Part shown: positions 45,102 to 62,420 of the stretch, piece by piece
Position numbering within the stretch: position 1 is the first letter of the stretch
Layout: the number at the start of each line of letters is the position of its first letter
NCBI RefSeq assembly: GCF_009914755.1
Contig: NC_060938.1
Reading direction: 5' to 3' (one strand)
Source: the human T2T-CHM13v2.0 reference genome, Homo sapiens
Length of the DNA stretch: 64,000 nt
Notes under the pieces: model-generated
The model's input: the letters and a program-made list of their open reading frames with translations, nothing else
What the model was told of the DNA's origin: nothing
Databases searched by the model: none
Program-made: the position numbers and the translations under genes

Positions 45102-47899
45102 ATGTAATGATTTTGCCATTTTCTCAGTATGCCTGTTCCAACTCTGCATTTAGGAACCAAGGAAATGTCTACAGAATGACTAGGCAGAACTGCTGGGTCC
45201 ACTGTGAGATAAACTACTCTAGCCACGCCATTTCACTGCTGATCTCCACAAGCTCCCACTAAGATTCTTAGAATCCATTCCAACACATATTTTCCAAGTT
45301 TTGGCTCTTATAAAATGCACATTTTCCTACTTTTTAGTTTAAACTTAGCTATATCCTAGTTAGAATTTTTACATGTCTTTCCAGGACTTTCTGTACTATG
45401 ACTCTGGTAATGGGTCTAGAAGGAATTGGGTATATTGGAGTGGGTCTAGGGGAGAATGAGCATCTTCTCACAAGGCACCTGCTTCAGGGGATCTTCAGGC
45501 AGGTGAGCCTCTGTAGTAAAGGAGGAAGAATTTCTTGTACTGGCAAGGGTGCTCAGGAAATTGAGGGGCTTGTGGTTTTCAGATTTCACCCGAAGATTTC
45601 CTTTTCAATTCTAAACATTTATCTCCATTTCAATTAAGACCCTAATTTTCACATGAGACTTGGAAAGTATACAAATACTACTTATAGTTTTCAAACTACA
45701 GAAACAAATTTTGAGTCTGGTTTTCAGCTCTCAATCCTTGCTGATGCTGAAAGTTTTAAGCCTTAAGCTTGTTTTCTTTGTGTAAGCTCTCTGATGCAGT
45801 TAGAAGTGCTCAAATCATTTCACCATCCTTAAGCCACCATTACCATTGTAATGGTCAGGTTCAGTGTTCAATTGGCCCCCCAAGCCTTGTCTTCTATGGG
45901 TGCTCTTTCCCAGGATTCAACAGATAATACATGAGTTAATTGTGAAAATAAAGAATGCCATGGGTTATCAGTATCATATTTTCCACTGGTAATGAGATCA
46001 TTTTTTTCAAGTCCATTTATATTCTTATTTTGATAACCTTTTTCCTCAGATACCTCTGCTGTTACCAAGTATCAGTAAAGACCTACAGAGGAAAACAAAC
46101 AAAAGAAAACATTAAGTATTTCAAGCAGAAAGAACTTAATAGAGTAAAACAATTAAAATGCATGAAAAGGGCTGGAGCAGCAGAAAGAAGACAAGATGTC
46201 ACCCTGAAATCAGGAAATTGCTATCATCTTAGCAGTGAAGCCCATTGGCATGCACTTTCTAACATGCCGGAACTAGAACTTCCAAAGAATGCTGCCCCTG
46301 CCAGAGCTGAAAGCCATGAAGAGTTGGCTTGCAGGAGTAAATGCACAGCCATCTGGTCTCCACAACTCTTCAACAACCAGCAGCTACTAGAGCAACTGTC
46401 AATGTGTTTGGAGCCAGAATCAAAATTGTTCCTCCTTCTTTCCACTCTCAGACCCCTTATCGGTACACCTCCTTTTCGGCAGAATTTAACAAGAAGCCAG
46501 CTGCTAAAAGAGTCTGATAAACACAATCCCTTCTTACTCAGAGTCCCAGTTCCGGTAGTTCAAAGTAGACTACAGAATAATAGGTATAAAGTTGGTAGAA
46601 AATATAAATAACTAAAGATGGCTGGATGGGAAGATAAATTTGGGGATGTTGGTGGCATTGAGAAGTTGTTTTAATAGCCCTGGGATATTCTGTTTTATGA
46701 AAAGTAAAATTCCCCATTTATTTAAAAAATATTTGTATTCAGGGTGTTTAGGATATCCATCACCTCAAGCATTTGTTATTTCAATTGCTTTAGGACATTT
46801 CAAGTCCTCATTTCTATTAATAGCAGTTTTGAAATATATACTACATTGTTCTTAACTATAGTTACTCTACTATTGAACATTATAATTTATTCCTTTTATT
46901 GTTCGTCCTTTCATAAAGTCTAAGAACCCCTTTGTAGAACACTCAATCTCATATCCTCTTGCAGTTGTTGCTTTGCACCTGCATCACCAGTTTTTACCTC
47001 TCTTCTGAATCTTTCCCAAAGTCATACAAACATGCACTAATATGTCCTACCTTGATAGCTGCCTAGACTCCAACTTCTACCCCAGTTACTACATATTTCT
47101 GATTCCTTTATGGCAGAACTCTAGTGTTGTTATCTCAACTTCATCTCCTTCCCCCATTTCTTAAATCAACCCCAAGCAGGTCTTCACCATTCCCCTGCCA
47201 CCAAAAGAGTTTATGTCCATTTCTCCGTGACTTCTCAGGCCTCACCTTATTCTGTTTATCAGAAACCACTAATAGACACAGTGGCTCTGATTCTTTCTTT
47301 ACTTAGACTGTAGAATACTATTATCTTTGTCCTTTGATATAACTTCCTATGTCTGGTTAGTTACTTTTCCCAATACTTACCTGTCTCCCAGACCCCTAAA
47401 CATTGTGTGTCCTAGGTCTTGGACTCACATACCTCTTTCTATGTATCTTTTTAGATTATTTCATTATGTTCCACAGATTATAATATCATCATCTTGACGA
47501 GAATTCTAAAATGTCTATCTGTAGCACCAATTTCTACCCTCAACTTTGGTCTCAAATATACAGAACTGGCTACTTGGCATCACAACTTTGTTCCACTTTA
47601 CCCTAAATTAAGACTCTCAAACTTAACCTCTACTGAACTCTTCATTCCACTCAATCCTGTCTCTCTCTAGTGTCTCCAGTCTCAGAAAAATGGAAACACC
47701 TTTCTTCTAGACATTCAGGCCCAAATCCTTGACTTCATCCTTTTACTCTCATATTTACTCATACTCTGTATTGCACCTTGAAGCACATCCTATGTGCCCT
47801 TCTAAATATTTCCAAAATACGATTATTTCTTTTCAATCCTGCTGCTACCAACTGTTTTAAGACACCATCATTTCTTGCCTGCATTATTGAAATACTCTA

Positions 47900-48278
47900 T
47901 TAGTTCGGTGCAAAAGTAGTTGCGGTTTTTGCCATTGAAAGTAATGGCAAGGCTGGGCGCTGTGGCTCACTCATGTAATTCCAGCATTTTGAGAGGCTGG
48001 AGCAGGTGGATCACTTGAGGTCAGGAGTTTGAGACCATCCTGGCCAACATGGTGAAACCCCGTCTCTACTCAAAATACAAAAATTAGCCAGGAGTGGTGG
48101 TGTATGCCTGTAATCCCAGCTACTCAGGAGGCTGAGGCAGGAGAATTGCTTGAACCTGGGGCAGTGAGCTGAGATGGTGCCACTGCACTCTAGCCTGGGC
48201 AAGAGAGACTCCATCTCAAGAGAAAAAAGAAAAAAAGAAGTAATGGCAAAAGCTGCAATTACTTTTGTACCAACCTAA
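47900..48278. mobile_element. MADE1 (Hsmar1 mariner MITE) split by an Alu
   Basis: TA-ttagttcggtgcaaaagtagttgcggtttttgccatt ... aatggcaaaagctgcaattacttttgtaccaacctaa-TA. Confidence 0.92.
47951..48237 (+). mobile_element. AluS inserted in MADE1
   Basis: TSD aagtaatggcaa (47939-47950, 48238-48249); short deletion in the right arm. Confidence 0.92.
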
Positions 48279-48329
48279 TATGTGGTCTTTATTTCCATGT
48301 TTTGCTGTGTTTACTCCTCTGCTGAAAAT

Positions 48330-48930
48330 CAGATATGGGTGAAAGAATAGACACACAATTAGTGAGACAGTATAGAGAGTTTAGAAATAGACCCACATAA
48401 ATATGATCAATTGATTTTCTATAAAGGCACTAAGGCAATTCACTGGAAAACAGATAATCATTTCAACAAATGGTGTTGAATTAACTAGACATCCATGAAC
48501 AACAACAAAAATAAACCTCAATCTAGACTTCCAGCTGATATAAAAACTCAAGACGGATCAGAGATACTAATGTAAGTGTGTAAAACTATGAAGCCTTTAG
48601 AAGAAAACTTTTGTAAACTTGAGTTAGAGTTTCAGACATCACAACAAAAGCATGATCTATAAAAGAAAAACATGATAAATTGGACTTCTTCCAAGTTGAA
48701 AAATTTTTCTCTGCAAAAGACACTTCAGGAGAATTAATAAGCCACAATAAAGCAAAAATGTTTCCAAATCACATTTCTGAAAAATTATCTGTATCTAGAA
48801 TATATAAAGTATTCTCAAAACTTAATTTTAAAAAATTAAATTGGTGAGGATTCTAAAATGTCTATCTCTAACACCAAATTCTACCCCAAACTTTGGGTAA
48901 ATTTTTTTTTAAAAACCAAAAATAGACAGA
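48330..48930 (+). mobile_element. Old L1M ORF2 3' fragment
   Basis: agaaatagacccacataaatatgatcaattgattt, tttcaacaaatggtg. Confidence 0.7.
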
Positions 48931-49261
48931 TGGATATGCCCTGACTTTCCCAAAAGCTTAATTCTGAGTTTTTCAGTTTCCTCTCTTTGGCTAGAGCTGG
49001 ATCACGTGTTCCCATAAATAAAAGGGCATGTGAAAAGAAGAATATTTTGATTTACCGCATTGTATCCCTGAGGCTGCATAAAACTAGTGCTTTCCTGCTA
49101 CATAAATATTTATATATTGCCTATATATTATTTATATGTTAATAAGAGTGTCCTTGACCTTTAGCACTTCCATTTATTCCTGTCTTGTAATTATGTTCAA
49201 CAAAAAAATGCTCCTAGGATATGGAAATTTAGCAACACACTCTTGAAAAAATATTGCGTCA

Positions 49262-49521
<260 letters not shown>

Positions 49522-51233
49522 TCACAGTATGAAGCAAAAGCAGTGCTAAGAGGAATGTTCATAAAAATAAGTCCCTTAATTAAAAAGGGGAAAGATTTCA
49601 AACAACCTAATTTTACATTTCAAGAAACTAGAAAAAGAAACCAAGCCCAAAATTAGGAGAAGATAGGAAATACAAAGATTAGAGCAGAAATAAATGAAAT
49701 AAAGAACAGAAAAAAACATAAAACTAACAGTTTTTTTAAAAAAAAACAAGCAAAGTTGACATACCCTTAAACTAAGAAAGAAAGAAAGAGAGGACTCAAA
49801 ATCAGAAATAAAAATAGAGACATTACAACTGATGCCACAGAAATAAAAAAGATCAGTAGAGACTAATATGATCAACCTAGAAGAAAATTCTTAGAAACAT
49901 ACAACCTACCAATAAAGAAATAGAAGGTCTGAACAGATCTAAAACTAGTATGGATATTGAATTAGTAACAAAAACCTCCCCAAAAAGAAAAGCCCAGAGC
50001 TGCATAGCTTCATGTGTTCATTCCACCAAACATTTAAGGATGAACTAATACCAATCCTTCTCAAACTCTTCAAAAAAAAAAAAAAAATGAACAGGAGGGA
50101 ACAATTCCAAACTCAATTTATTAGGCCAGCATTAGTCTAATATCAATACCAGGAAAAGACAGCACAAGAAAACCAGAGGCCAATATCCCTGAATAATATA
50201 GACACAAAAATTCTCAAGAAAATGCTACCAAAGCAAATCCAGCCACACATTAAAAGGATTATACATTGTTGCTAAGTAATATTTATCCCTGGGATACAAA
50301 TATGATTCAACATATGAAAACTAATATGATACATTAATGGAGCAAATCATGAAAATCATATGATCATTGCAATAGATACAGAAAAAGTGTTAGGCAAAAT
50401 TCAACATTCTTTCATAATAAAAACTCTTGATAAACTAGGAATAGAAGAAAATTACTTCAAGATAATAAAGGCCATATATGAAAAGCCCACAGCTAATATT
50501 ATACTCAGAGAAAAACAAAGTGTTTCCTCTAACATCAGGAACAAGATGAGGATGCCCACTCTTGCCATTTCCATTCAATATAGTACTAGAAGGCCTAGCC
50601 AGAGCAATTGAAGGGAAAAACCAAAAGACATCCAAATCAGAAAGGAGGATGTAAAATTGTAGATGACATAGTCTTATATTAATGTTTATAAAACCCTAAA
50701 AACACCATTATAAAAAAATCCATTAAAGCTAATACATGAATTCAGTAAACTTGCAGGTTGCAAAATCAATATAAAAAAATCAACTGAATACCTATACATG
50801 AACAAAATATCTGAAAAGTAAATTAGGACAACAATCCCATTTATGTTAGTGCCAAAAAGAGTGAATAAAAAACCTAGTAATAAATCTAACTAAGGTGGTA
50901 AAAGACTTGTATACAAAAAGATATAAAACACTGATGAAAGAAATTCAACAAGACAAAAACAAATGGAAAGACATCCTGTGTTCATGCACTGGAAAACTTA
51001 ATATTATTAAAATGTTCATACTTCCCAAAGAGATCTATAGATTCAAAGCAATCTCTATATTAAAACCCCAATGGCATTTTTACATAAATAGAAAAATATT
51101 CTGAAGTTTATATGGAGCCACAAAAACCACCAATAGCCAAACCAATCTTGAGAAATAAGAACAAAGCTGAAAGCCTCGCACTGCCTGATTTCAAAGTACA
51201 TTACCAAGCTGTAGTAATCAAAAGAGTATGGTA

Positions 51234-51521
51234 GTCCAGGTACAGTGGCTCATGCCTATAATCCCAGCCCTTTAGGAGGCAAATGTGGGTGGATCACTTG
51301 AGCTCAGGAGTTTGAGACCAACCTGGGCAACACAGCAAAACCCTATCTCTACAAAAAATACAAAAATTTGCTGGGCATGGTGGTGTGCATGTGTAGTCCC
51401 AGCTATCTGGGGGGCAGGAGGATTGCTTGAGCCTGGGAGGTCAAGGCTGCAGTGAGCCAAGAGTGCACCACTATACTCCAACCTGGGTGACAAAGTGAGA
51501 ACCTGTCTTAAAAAACAACAA
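51234..51521 (+). mobile_element. AluJ
   Basis: ggattgcttgagcctgggaggtcaaggctgcag; TSD aaaa(g/c)agtatggta at 51220-51233 and 58008-58021. Confidence 0.92.
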
Positions 51522-52549
51522 GAGGAGGAGCCAAGATGGCCGAATAGGAACAGCTCCGGTCTACAGCTCCCAGCGTGAGCGACGCAGAAGACGGGTGATT
51601 TCTGCGTTTCCATCTGAGGTACCGGGTTCATCTCACTAGGGAGTGCCAGACAGTGGGCACAGGTCAGTGGGTGCAGCGCACGGTGCGCAAGCTGAAGCAG
51701 GGCGAGGCATTGCCTCACTCCAGAAGCGCAAGGGGTCAGGGAGTTCCCTTTCCTAGTCAAAGAAAGGGGCAACAGATGGCACCTGGAAAATCGGATCACT
51801 CCCACCCTAATACTGCGATTTTCCGACGGGCTTAAAAAATGGCACACCATGAGATTATATCCTGCATCTGGCTCGGAGGGTCCTATGCCCACGGAGTCTC
51901 ACTGACTGCTAGCACAGCAGTCTGAGATCAAACTGCAAGGTGGCAGCGAGGCTGGGGGAGGGGCGCCTGCCATTGCCCAGGCTTGCTTAGGTAAACAAAG
52001 CAGCCGGGAAGCTCCAACTGGGTGGAGCCCACCACAGCTCAAGGAGGCCTGCCTACCTCTGTAGGCTCCACCTCTGGGGGCAGAGCACAGACAAACAAAA
52101 AGACAGCAGTAACCTCTGCAGACTTAAATGTCCCTGTTGAAGAGAGCAGTGGTTCTCTCAGCACACAGATGGAGATCTGAGAATGGGCAGACTGCCTCCT
52201 CAAGCGGGTCCCTGATCCCTGACCCCGGAGCAGCCTAACTGAGAGGCACCCCCCCCAAGTAGGGGCAGACTGACACCTCACATGGCTGGGTACTCCTCTA
52301 AGACAAAACTTCCAGAGGAACGAACAGACAACAGCATTCGCGGTTCATGAAAAACCACTGTTCTGCAGACACCGCTGCTGATACCCAGGCAAACAGGGTC
52401 TGGAGTGGACCTCTAGCAAACTCCAACAGACCTGCAGCTGAGAGTCCTGTCTGTTAGAAGGAAAACTAACAAACAGAAAGGACATCCACACCAAAAACCC
52501 ATCTGTACATCACCATCATCAAAGACCAAAAGTAGATAAAACCACAAAG
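51522..52549 (+). promoter_or_regulatory. L1 5'UTR internal sense/antisense promoter
   Basis: YY1 motif caagatggcc at 51532-51541, CpG-rich 5' part, 129-bp segment at ~52297-52424. Confidence 0.8.
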
Positions 52550-53564
52550 ATGGGGAAAGAAACAGAGCAGAAAAACTGGAAACTCTAAAAAGCAGAGCAC
52601 CTCTCCTCCTCCAAAGGAACGCAGTTCCTCACCAGCAACGGAAAAAAGCTGGACGGAGAATGACTTTGACGAGTTGAGAGAAGAAGGCTTCAGACGATCA
52701 AACTACAAGCTACAGGAGGAAATTCAAACCAAAGGCAAAGAAGTTAAAAGCTTTGAAAAAATTTCAGACGAATGTATAACTAGAATAACCAATACAGAGA
52801 AATGCTTAAAGGAGCTAATGGAGCTGAAAGCCAAGGCTCGAGAACTACTTGAAGAATGCAGAAGCCTCAGGAGCCGATGCGATCAACTGGAAGAAAGGGT
52901 ATCAGCCATGGAAGATGAAATGAATGAAATGAAGCGAGAAGGGAAGTTTAGAGAAAAAAGAATAAAAAGAAATGAACAAAGCCTCCAAGAAATATGGGAC
53001 TATGTGAAAAGACAAAATCTACATCTAATTGGTGTACCTGAAAGTGACGGGGAGAATGGAACCAAGTTGGAAAACACCCTGCAGGATATTATCCAGGAGA
53101 ACTTCCCCAATCTAGCAAGGCAGGCCAACATTCAGATTCAGGAAATACAGAGAACGCCACAAAGATACTCCTCGAGAAGAGCAACTCCAAGACACATAAT
53201 TGTCAGATTCACCAAAGTTGAAATGAAGGAAAAAATGTTAAGGGCAGCCAGAGAGAAAGGTCGGGTTACCCACAAAGGGAAGCCCAACAGACTAACAGCA
53301 GATCTCTCAGCAGAAACTCTACAAGCCAGAAGACAGTGGGGGCCAATATTCAACATTCTTAAAGAAAAGAATTTTCAACCCAGAATTTCATATCCAGCCA
53401 AACTAAGCTTCATAAGTGAAGGAGAAATAAAATACTTTATAGACAAGCAAATGCTGAGAGATTTTGTCACCACCAGGCCTGCCCTAAAAGAGCTTCTGAA
53501 GGAAGCACTAAACATGGAAAGGAACAACCGGTACCAGCCAGTGCAAAATCATGCCAAAATGTAA
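52550..53564 (+). pseudogene. L1 ORF1p, frameshifted just after the start codon
   Basis: atggggaaagaaacag has +1 nt relative to consensus, giving an early TAA; downstream frame open (ORF track 52674-53564, ends QNHAKM). Confidence 0.9.
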
Positions 53565-53627
53565 AGACCATTGAGACTAGGAAGAAACTGCATCAACTAA
53601 CGAGCAAAATAACCAGCTGACATCATA

Positions 53628-57457
<3,830 letters not shown>

Positions 57458-57678
57458 ACAATGAGAACACATGGACACAGGAAGGGGAACATCACGCTCT
57501 GGGGACTGTTGTGGGGTGGGGGAGGGGGGGGATAGCATTGGGAGATATACCTAATGCTAGATGACGAGTTAGTGGGTGCAGCGCACCAGCATGTCACATG
57601 TATACATATGTAACTAACCTGCACATTGTGCACATGTACCCTAAAACTTAAAGTATAATAATAATTAAAAAAAAAAAA

Positions 57679-58093
<415 letters not shown>

Positions 58094-60689
58094 TCAGCTG
58101 ATCTTCAACAAGGCTGTTATGACTACATAATGGGAAAATAATAGTCTCTTCAAGAAATGGGACTAGGAAAACTGGATAGTCACATAGAAAATAATGACGC
58201 ATCTCACACCATATACAAAAACCAAACTCAAAATGAATTCAAGACATAAATGTAAGAACAGAAACTATAAAACTCCTACAAAAAAGTAGGGGAAAAGCTC
58301 CTTGACACTGGTCTTGGCAATTATTTTTCAGATATGACACCAAAAGCACTATCAACAAAAGCCAAAACAGACAAGTTGGACTATATCAAACTAAAAAGCT
58401 TTTGCATTACCAAGAAAATCAGAATGAAATGACAATTTATGAAATGGGATAAAATATTTGTAAACCATATATTTGATATGGGCTTATCTTCAAAATGTAT
58501 AAGAAATGTCTATAACTCAATAGTAAAAAATAAAACAAAAAAACCAAAACAGTAATCCAATTGAAAAATGGGCAAAGGACTTGAACATACATTTCTCCAA
58601 AGATGACATACAAATATACCTGGCCAACACGTATATGCAAAAACATTCAAAATCACTAATCATCAGGGACATGAAAATCACCACCACAATGAGGTATCAC
58701 CTCAAACCTGTCACAATGGCTATTTAAAAAACAAGACAACAAATATTGGTAAGAATGTGGAGAAATTAGAACTCTTGCATACTGTTGGTGGGAAGGCAAA
58801 CTGGTACAGCCACTATGAGGAAAACGTTATGCAGGTTCCTCAAAAAATTAAAAACATAACTGTCATATAATACAACAATCCTGAGGTGTTTTGTTTTTTT
58901 TTTTTTTTCAAAAAATCGAAGTCAAGAGCTCAAATATTAACACTGCTATGTTCTTTGCAGCACTAGTCACAATAGCCAGGATGTAGAAATAACCTAAATG
59001 TCCATCATCAATAAAGAAAATGTGGTACATACAGTCAATGGACACTATTTAGGTGTAAAAGGAAATTCTGCAATATGCAACACATGGATGAGCCTTAAGG
59101 ATATTATACTAAGTGAAATAAGCCAGTGACAGTAAGACAAATAATGCATAATTCACTTATATGAAGTATATAAAATAGTTAAAATTGTTAGAATCAAAGA
59201 CTGTAAATGGTGGTGGCCAGGGGTCAGAGACAGGGAGAAGTGAGGAGTTGTTAATAAACAGGCATAAAGTTTCAGTCCAGCAAGTTGAATAAGTCCTAGT
59301 CATCTGCTGTACAACCTTGTATCTACTGTCAACTATATCATATTATACACTTAAAAATCTGTTAAGAGGGTAGAACTCAAGTATTCTTATCAAAATAAAA
59401 ATGGGTTTCAAAATAAAATAAAAATGATATGATACCAGAACTGAATCAGGTATTTTACAACCTTGATAAAAGAATATATGAACAAAATCCACGTGTTAAG
59501 CCATGGGACTATATTAAATGAGTTCATACACAAATTTCTAAGCACACAATAAATGCTCAAGAATGTTAGTGGTATTACCGTTACTGTGGTTGTTTATTGT
59601 TGTATTTTAATGCCTAAAGAAATTCCTCAAATAAAACTGGTGGTGTTGCGAGGTGCTTGAATATTTAATATTTTCTCTCTACAGTTCAGTACTTTTTCTA
59701 GTAACCAGTTTCCTGGTTCTAATAATATAATCATACGTGTTTAGATGGGCCTGTGCAACCTAACTGGGCTACCCTGTTGCTGTACCACCACCACCACTCC
59801 CCCATCCACCTTTATTGAGTGCTTTTGATGTGGGCATTAGGATGTTCCAGATTCAGTTTATTTAGATACCTGATTCAACGGTGACCAACACAGTCAAAGA
59901 TACTTCACACAGATAAGATTCAAATAAAAGGGTTAGATAATGTAGATTATATATGATTTTAAATCCCACGTATGATTTTAAATCTCATCCACTAATTATT
60001 GAATGGTGTTCGTTTCATTCTTCAGGAGTTTAAGATCCCCTTTAAAGTGTTTTTAAGTATATGTGAATTATTATGTAAGCAGTATTTCTGTAATGCTTTC
60101 AATTATGAGTAAAGTATTTCTACATTTTTGTATACTTGTTTTCAAAATTTTTTTCTCCATATGGTCTTATTCAAAAGTATCTCCCCTTTATTAAATATTA
60201 AATGTAAATTTTGAGTGTTTGAGTTTTCACCCTCCAAAAAATTATGTCAGGCAACATAACAGTTATTTGTCCTCACAAAAATGATCAAATTTGAAACTCT
60301 GCCTTTTTATTTTTACAAGTGCATAATTCATCTTCCAGTTCTATAACAATATCATATATTACCACAAGATTTCCAGGAAAGCTCCTATTAATTACAAATG
60401 ATTCTCCTAGTTACCCTCCATCTCATTCATGTATTTTGAGGATTCTACTGTGTTGAAAAGTCTTTGTATTTTAAAATTAACCTCATTGATGATACTGTGG
60501 CTTCTACCTCATTGCTAAAATACATTGTCTGTGAAAAATGCAGTAAATGAGTTTTACATATGGTACTATCTTGTATTAATATTGCTTCAGAATCCTTTTC
60601 TTGCTCCAGCCAAAGAAACTACTCCATAATATTCATTTTTACACACAACTTCCTTTAAAAATTATGTTTATTGAAGTGGAAGAACATTA

Positions 60690-61090
60690 CTAGTGGTCAT
60701 CAGGCATTCAATCCTCCTATATTTCCTAGGCATACAGGAAGCTCTATTACTCACCGTCTTGACATTAATCAAGCAATTAACTATGGCCAATGGAATGTAA
60801 GCAGAATTAACCGAAGTCATTTGTTGCCAAAGGCAGTAAAAAGCCCCTGCAAGAAACTTCAGCCCTTTCTTTTCCTGCTAGGGAGACCTAGCAGCGTTAT
60901 CTAAGCTGATGGAGGACAAAAGTGGAGCACACTAGTTCTCTAGGTCATTGCTTAGAAGATGCTTCTTGGGAGGAAGCCATTAGACCCATAGCAAACCTAG
61001 TGTGACTAAAAAATAAACTTGTCGTATATTAAGCCATTACGATTTTGAATTAATTTATTACCAAATTATAGCACAATTTCTCCTAAGAAC
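60690..61090 (+). mobile_element. MLT1 (I/J-like) MaLR LTR
   Basis: tggccaatggaatgtaagcagaa...aaataaactt...ttaagccatt. Confidence 0.6.
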
Positions 61091-61702
61091 TACATTAAAG
61101 TTTATTTTATAATGAGAATACATAATCTCTGGAGGATTTTTTTTTCCTTTAGTGGTTCACAAAAATGCAGTTACTTGTATAGTCATTTAAAGAGTCTTTA
61201 AAACTGCCTTAAGCTGAGAAATGTTGAAACATTTTTACTTTAATCTATTCTATAACCATTCTCCCATACTGGATAATTTATTCAAATGCTATCTCCTCCA
61301 AATCTGCAGCAGCAATATTTTCCCGGTGAGTCTTTCCATAGCATTTGCCGAGAAATGAATTTCGGTTTATACCATATTATTTTCCAAGTCATTTCAGCCA
61401 ATTATGCTGTGGCAAAAGAACAGGTGTTTCCCCAATGATGTATTTTCGTCTTTCCCTATTAGGTTAGAAAACTTCATAAGAAAGTTCTAAATATTTATCT
61501 ATAAATTCACTAAAAAATTTAAAGTAATGGACTGAGAATCCTATGAATTTAAACATTGTTTAAAAAAGTTGGAGAGGTTTATTTTCATGTTCTGGATACT
61601 AGATGTTCACAAGTTTTAAATTCTGAGTAGTTTTCAGGCTTACTATTATAGCTTCATGCTGGTATGTCAAGCTCTAATATACATTTCAGGTGAGATTCAT
61701 CT

Positions 61703-61706
<4 letters not shown>

Positions 61707-61742
<36 letters not shown>
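61707..61742 (+). repeat. (GT)18 microsatellite
   Basis: Counted directly. Confidence 0.97.
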
Positions 61743-61745
<3 letters not shown>

Positions 61746-62089
61746 GCCTGGCTTCTCGTCTGATCTGTTTAGATGGTAATTTTTTTAAATTCAGGTTGTG
61801 TGTGATAATGACCTTGTCCTGTATTTTATATTTTATATTCACATCATGATTTCCTTTCAAGAATCATTTTAAGACACTTCTATGTGAGATTTCATCCCGT
61901 TATAATTAGATATTATAATCAACGAATCCACCTAACCAAGAATATGTAATTTTAAATATATGACCACACTGAAATTAAATAAATGGATAAAGATGCCTTA
62001 TCAAGCCTTCCACATTGGTGGAACTCTCACACCCTCGGAGGGATACCTCCCATGACAGAGTGAAGGGTGACTCAGTGAGCATCATCATA

Positions 62090-62420
62090 ACCGTCTTCCT
62101 TCAATCCCTCCATTTTCTCCAACACTGTAGATGGGGAAAAATAAACCCATTATAAGCCCTTCTTTAATCTAGGGTAGCCATGTGACATTATTCTAGCCAA
62201 TAGAATATAATCAGAAGTCCCTAGAGAAAGTACCCATTCCTAGATAAAACCTTGCTAGGAGAAGGCTTTCAGTTTGGTGCTTTCCTTTTCTCTCAGCGTG
62301 GAACATGGATGGAATGCTTGAAGTGGAAGTAGCAGCAACCATCTTACCTTGAGAAGCCTCACATGCCAAGTCACATGGCTAGGAAGGATCAAGGTGTAAG
62401 GACTAAGATCCTGAATGTCT
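62090..62420 (+). mobile_element. Old MLT1 (K-like) fragment
   Basis: ttctagccaatagaatataatcagaagtc; tggaacatggat..gcagcaaccatctt. Confidence 0.45.

Larger units (their letters stand above)
43210..45640 (-). mobile_element. ERVL/MaLR internal (pol/gag) remnant
   Basis: ORF 43941-44234 (LEALVRQ..RGWVVN..K.KG...SGACWDILSKVKDKL) resembles ERV-L reverse transcriptase; heavily disrupted. Confidence 0.7.
46950..48330 (-). mobile_element. L2 LINE remnant with nested MADE1/Alu
   Basis: ctcaaacttaac, caggcccaaatccttgacttcatcc, caccatcatttcttgcctg. Confidence 0.6.

Noticed and set aside
45955-46611. 218-aa ORF
   Set aside because: No recognisable domain, runs through LTR-like repeat sequence, no splice or promoter support
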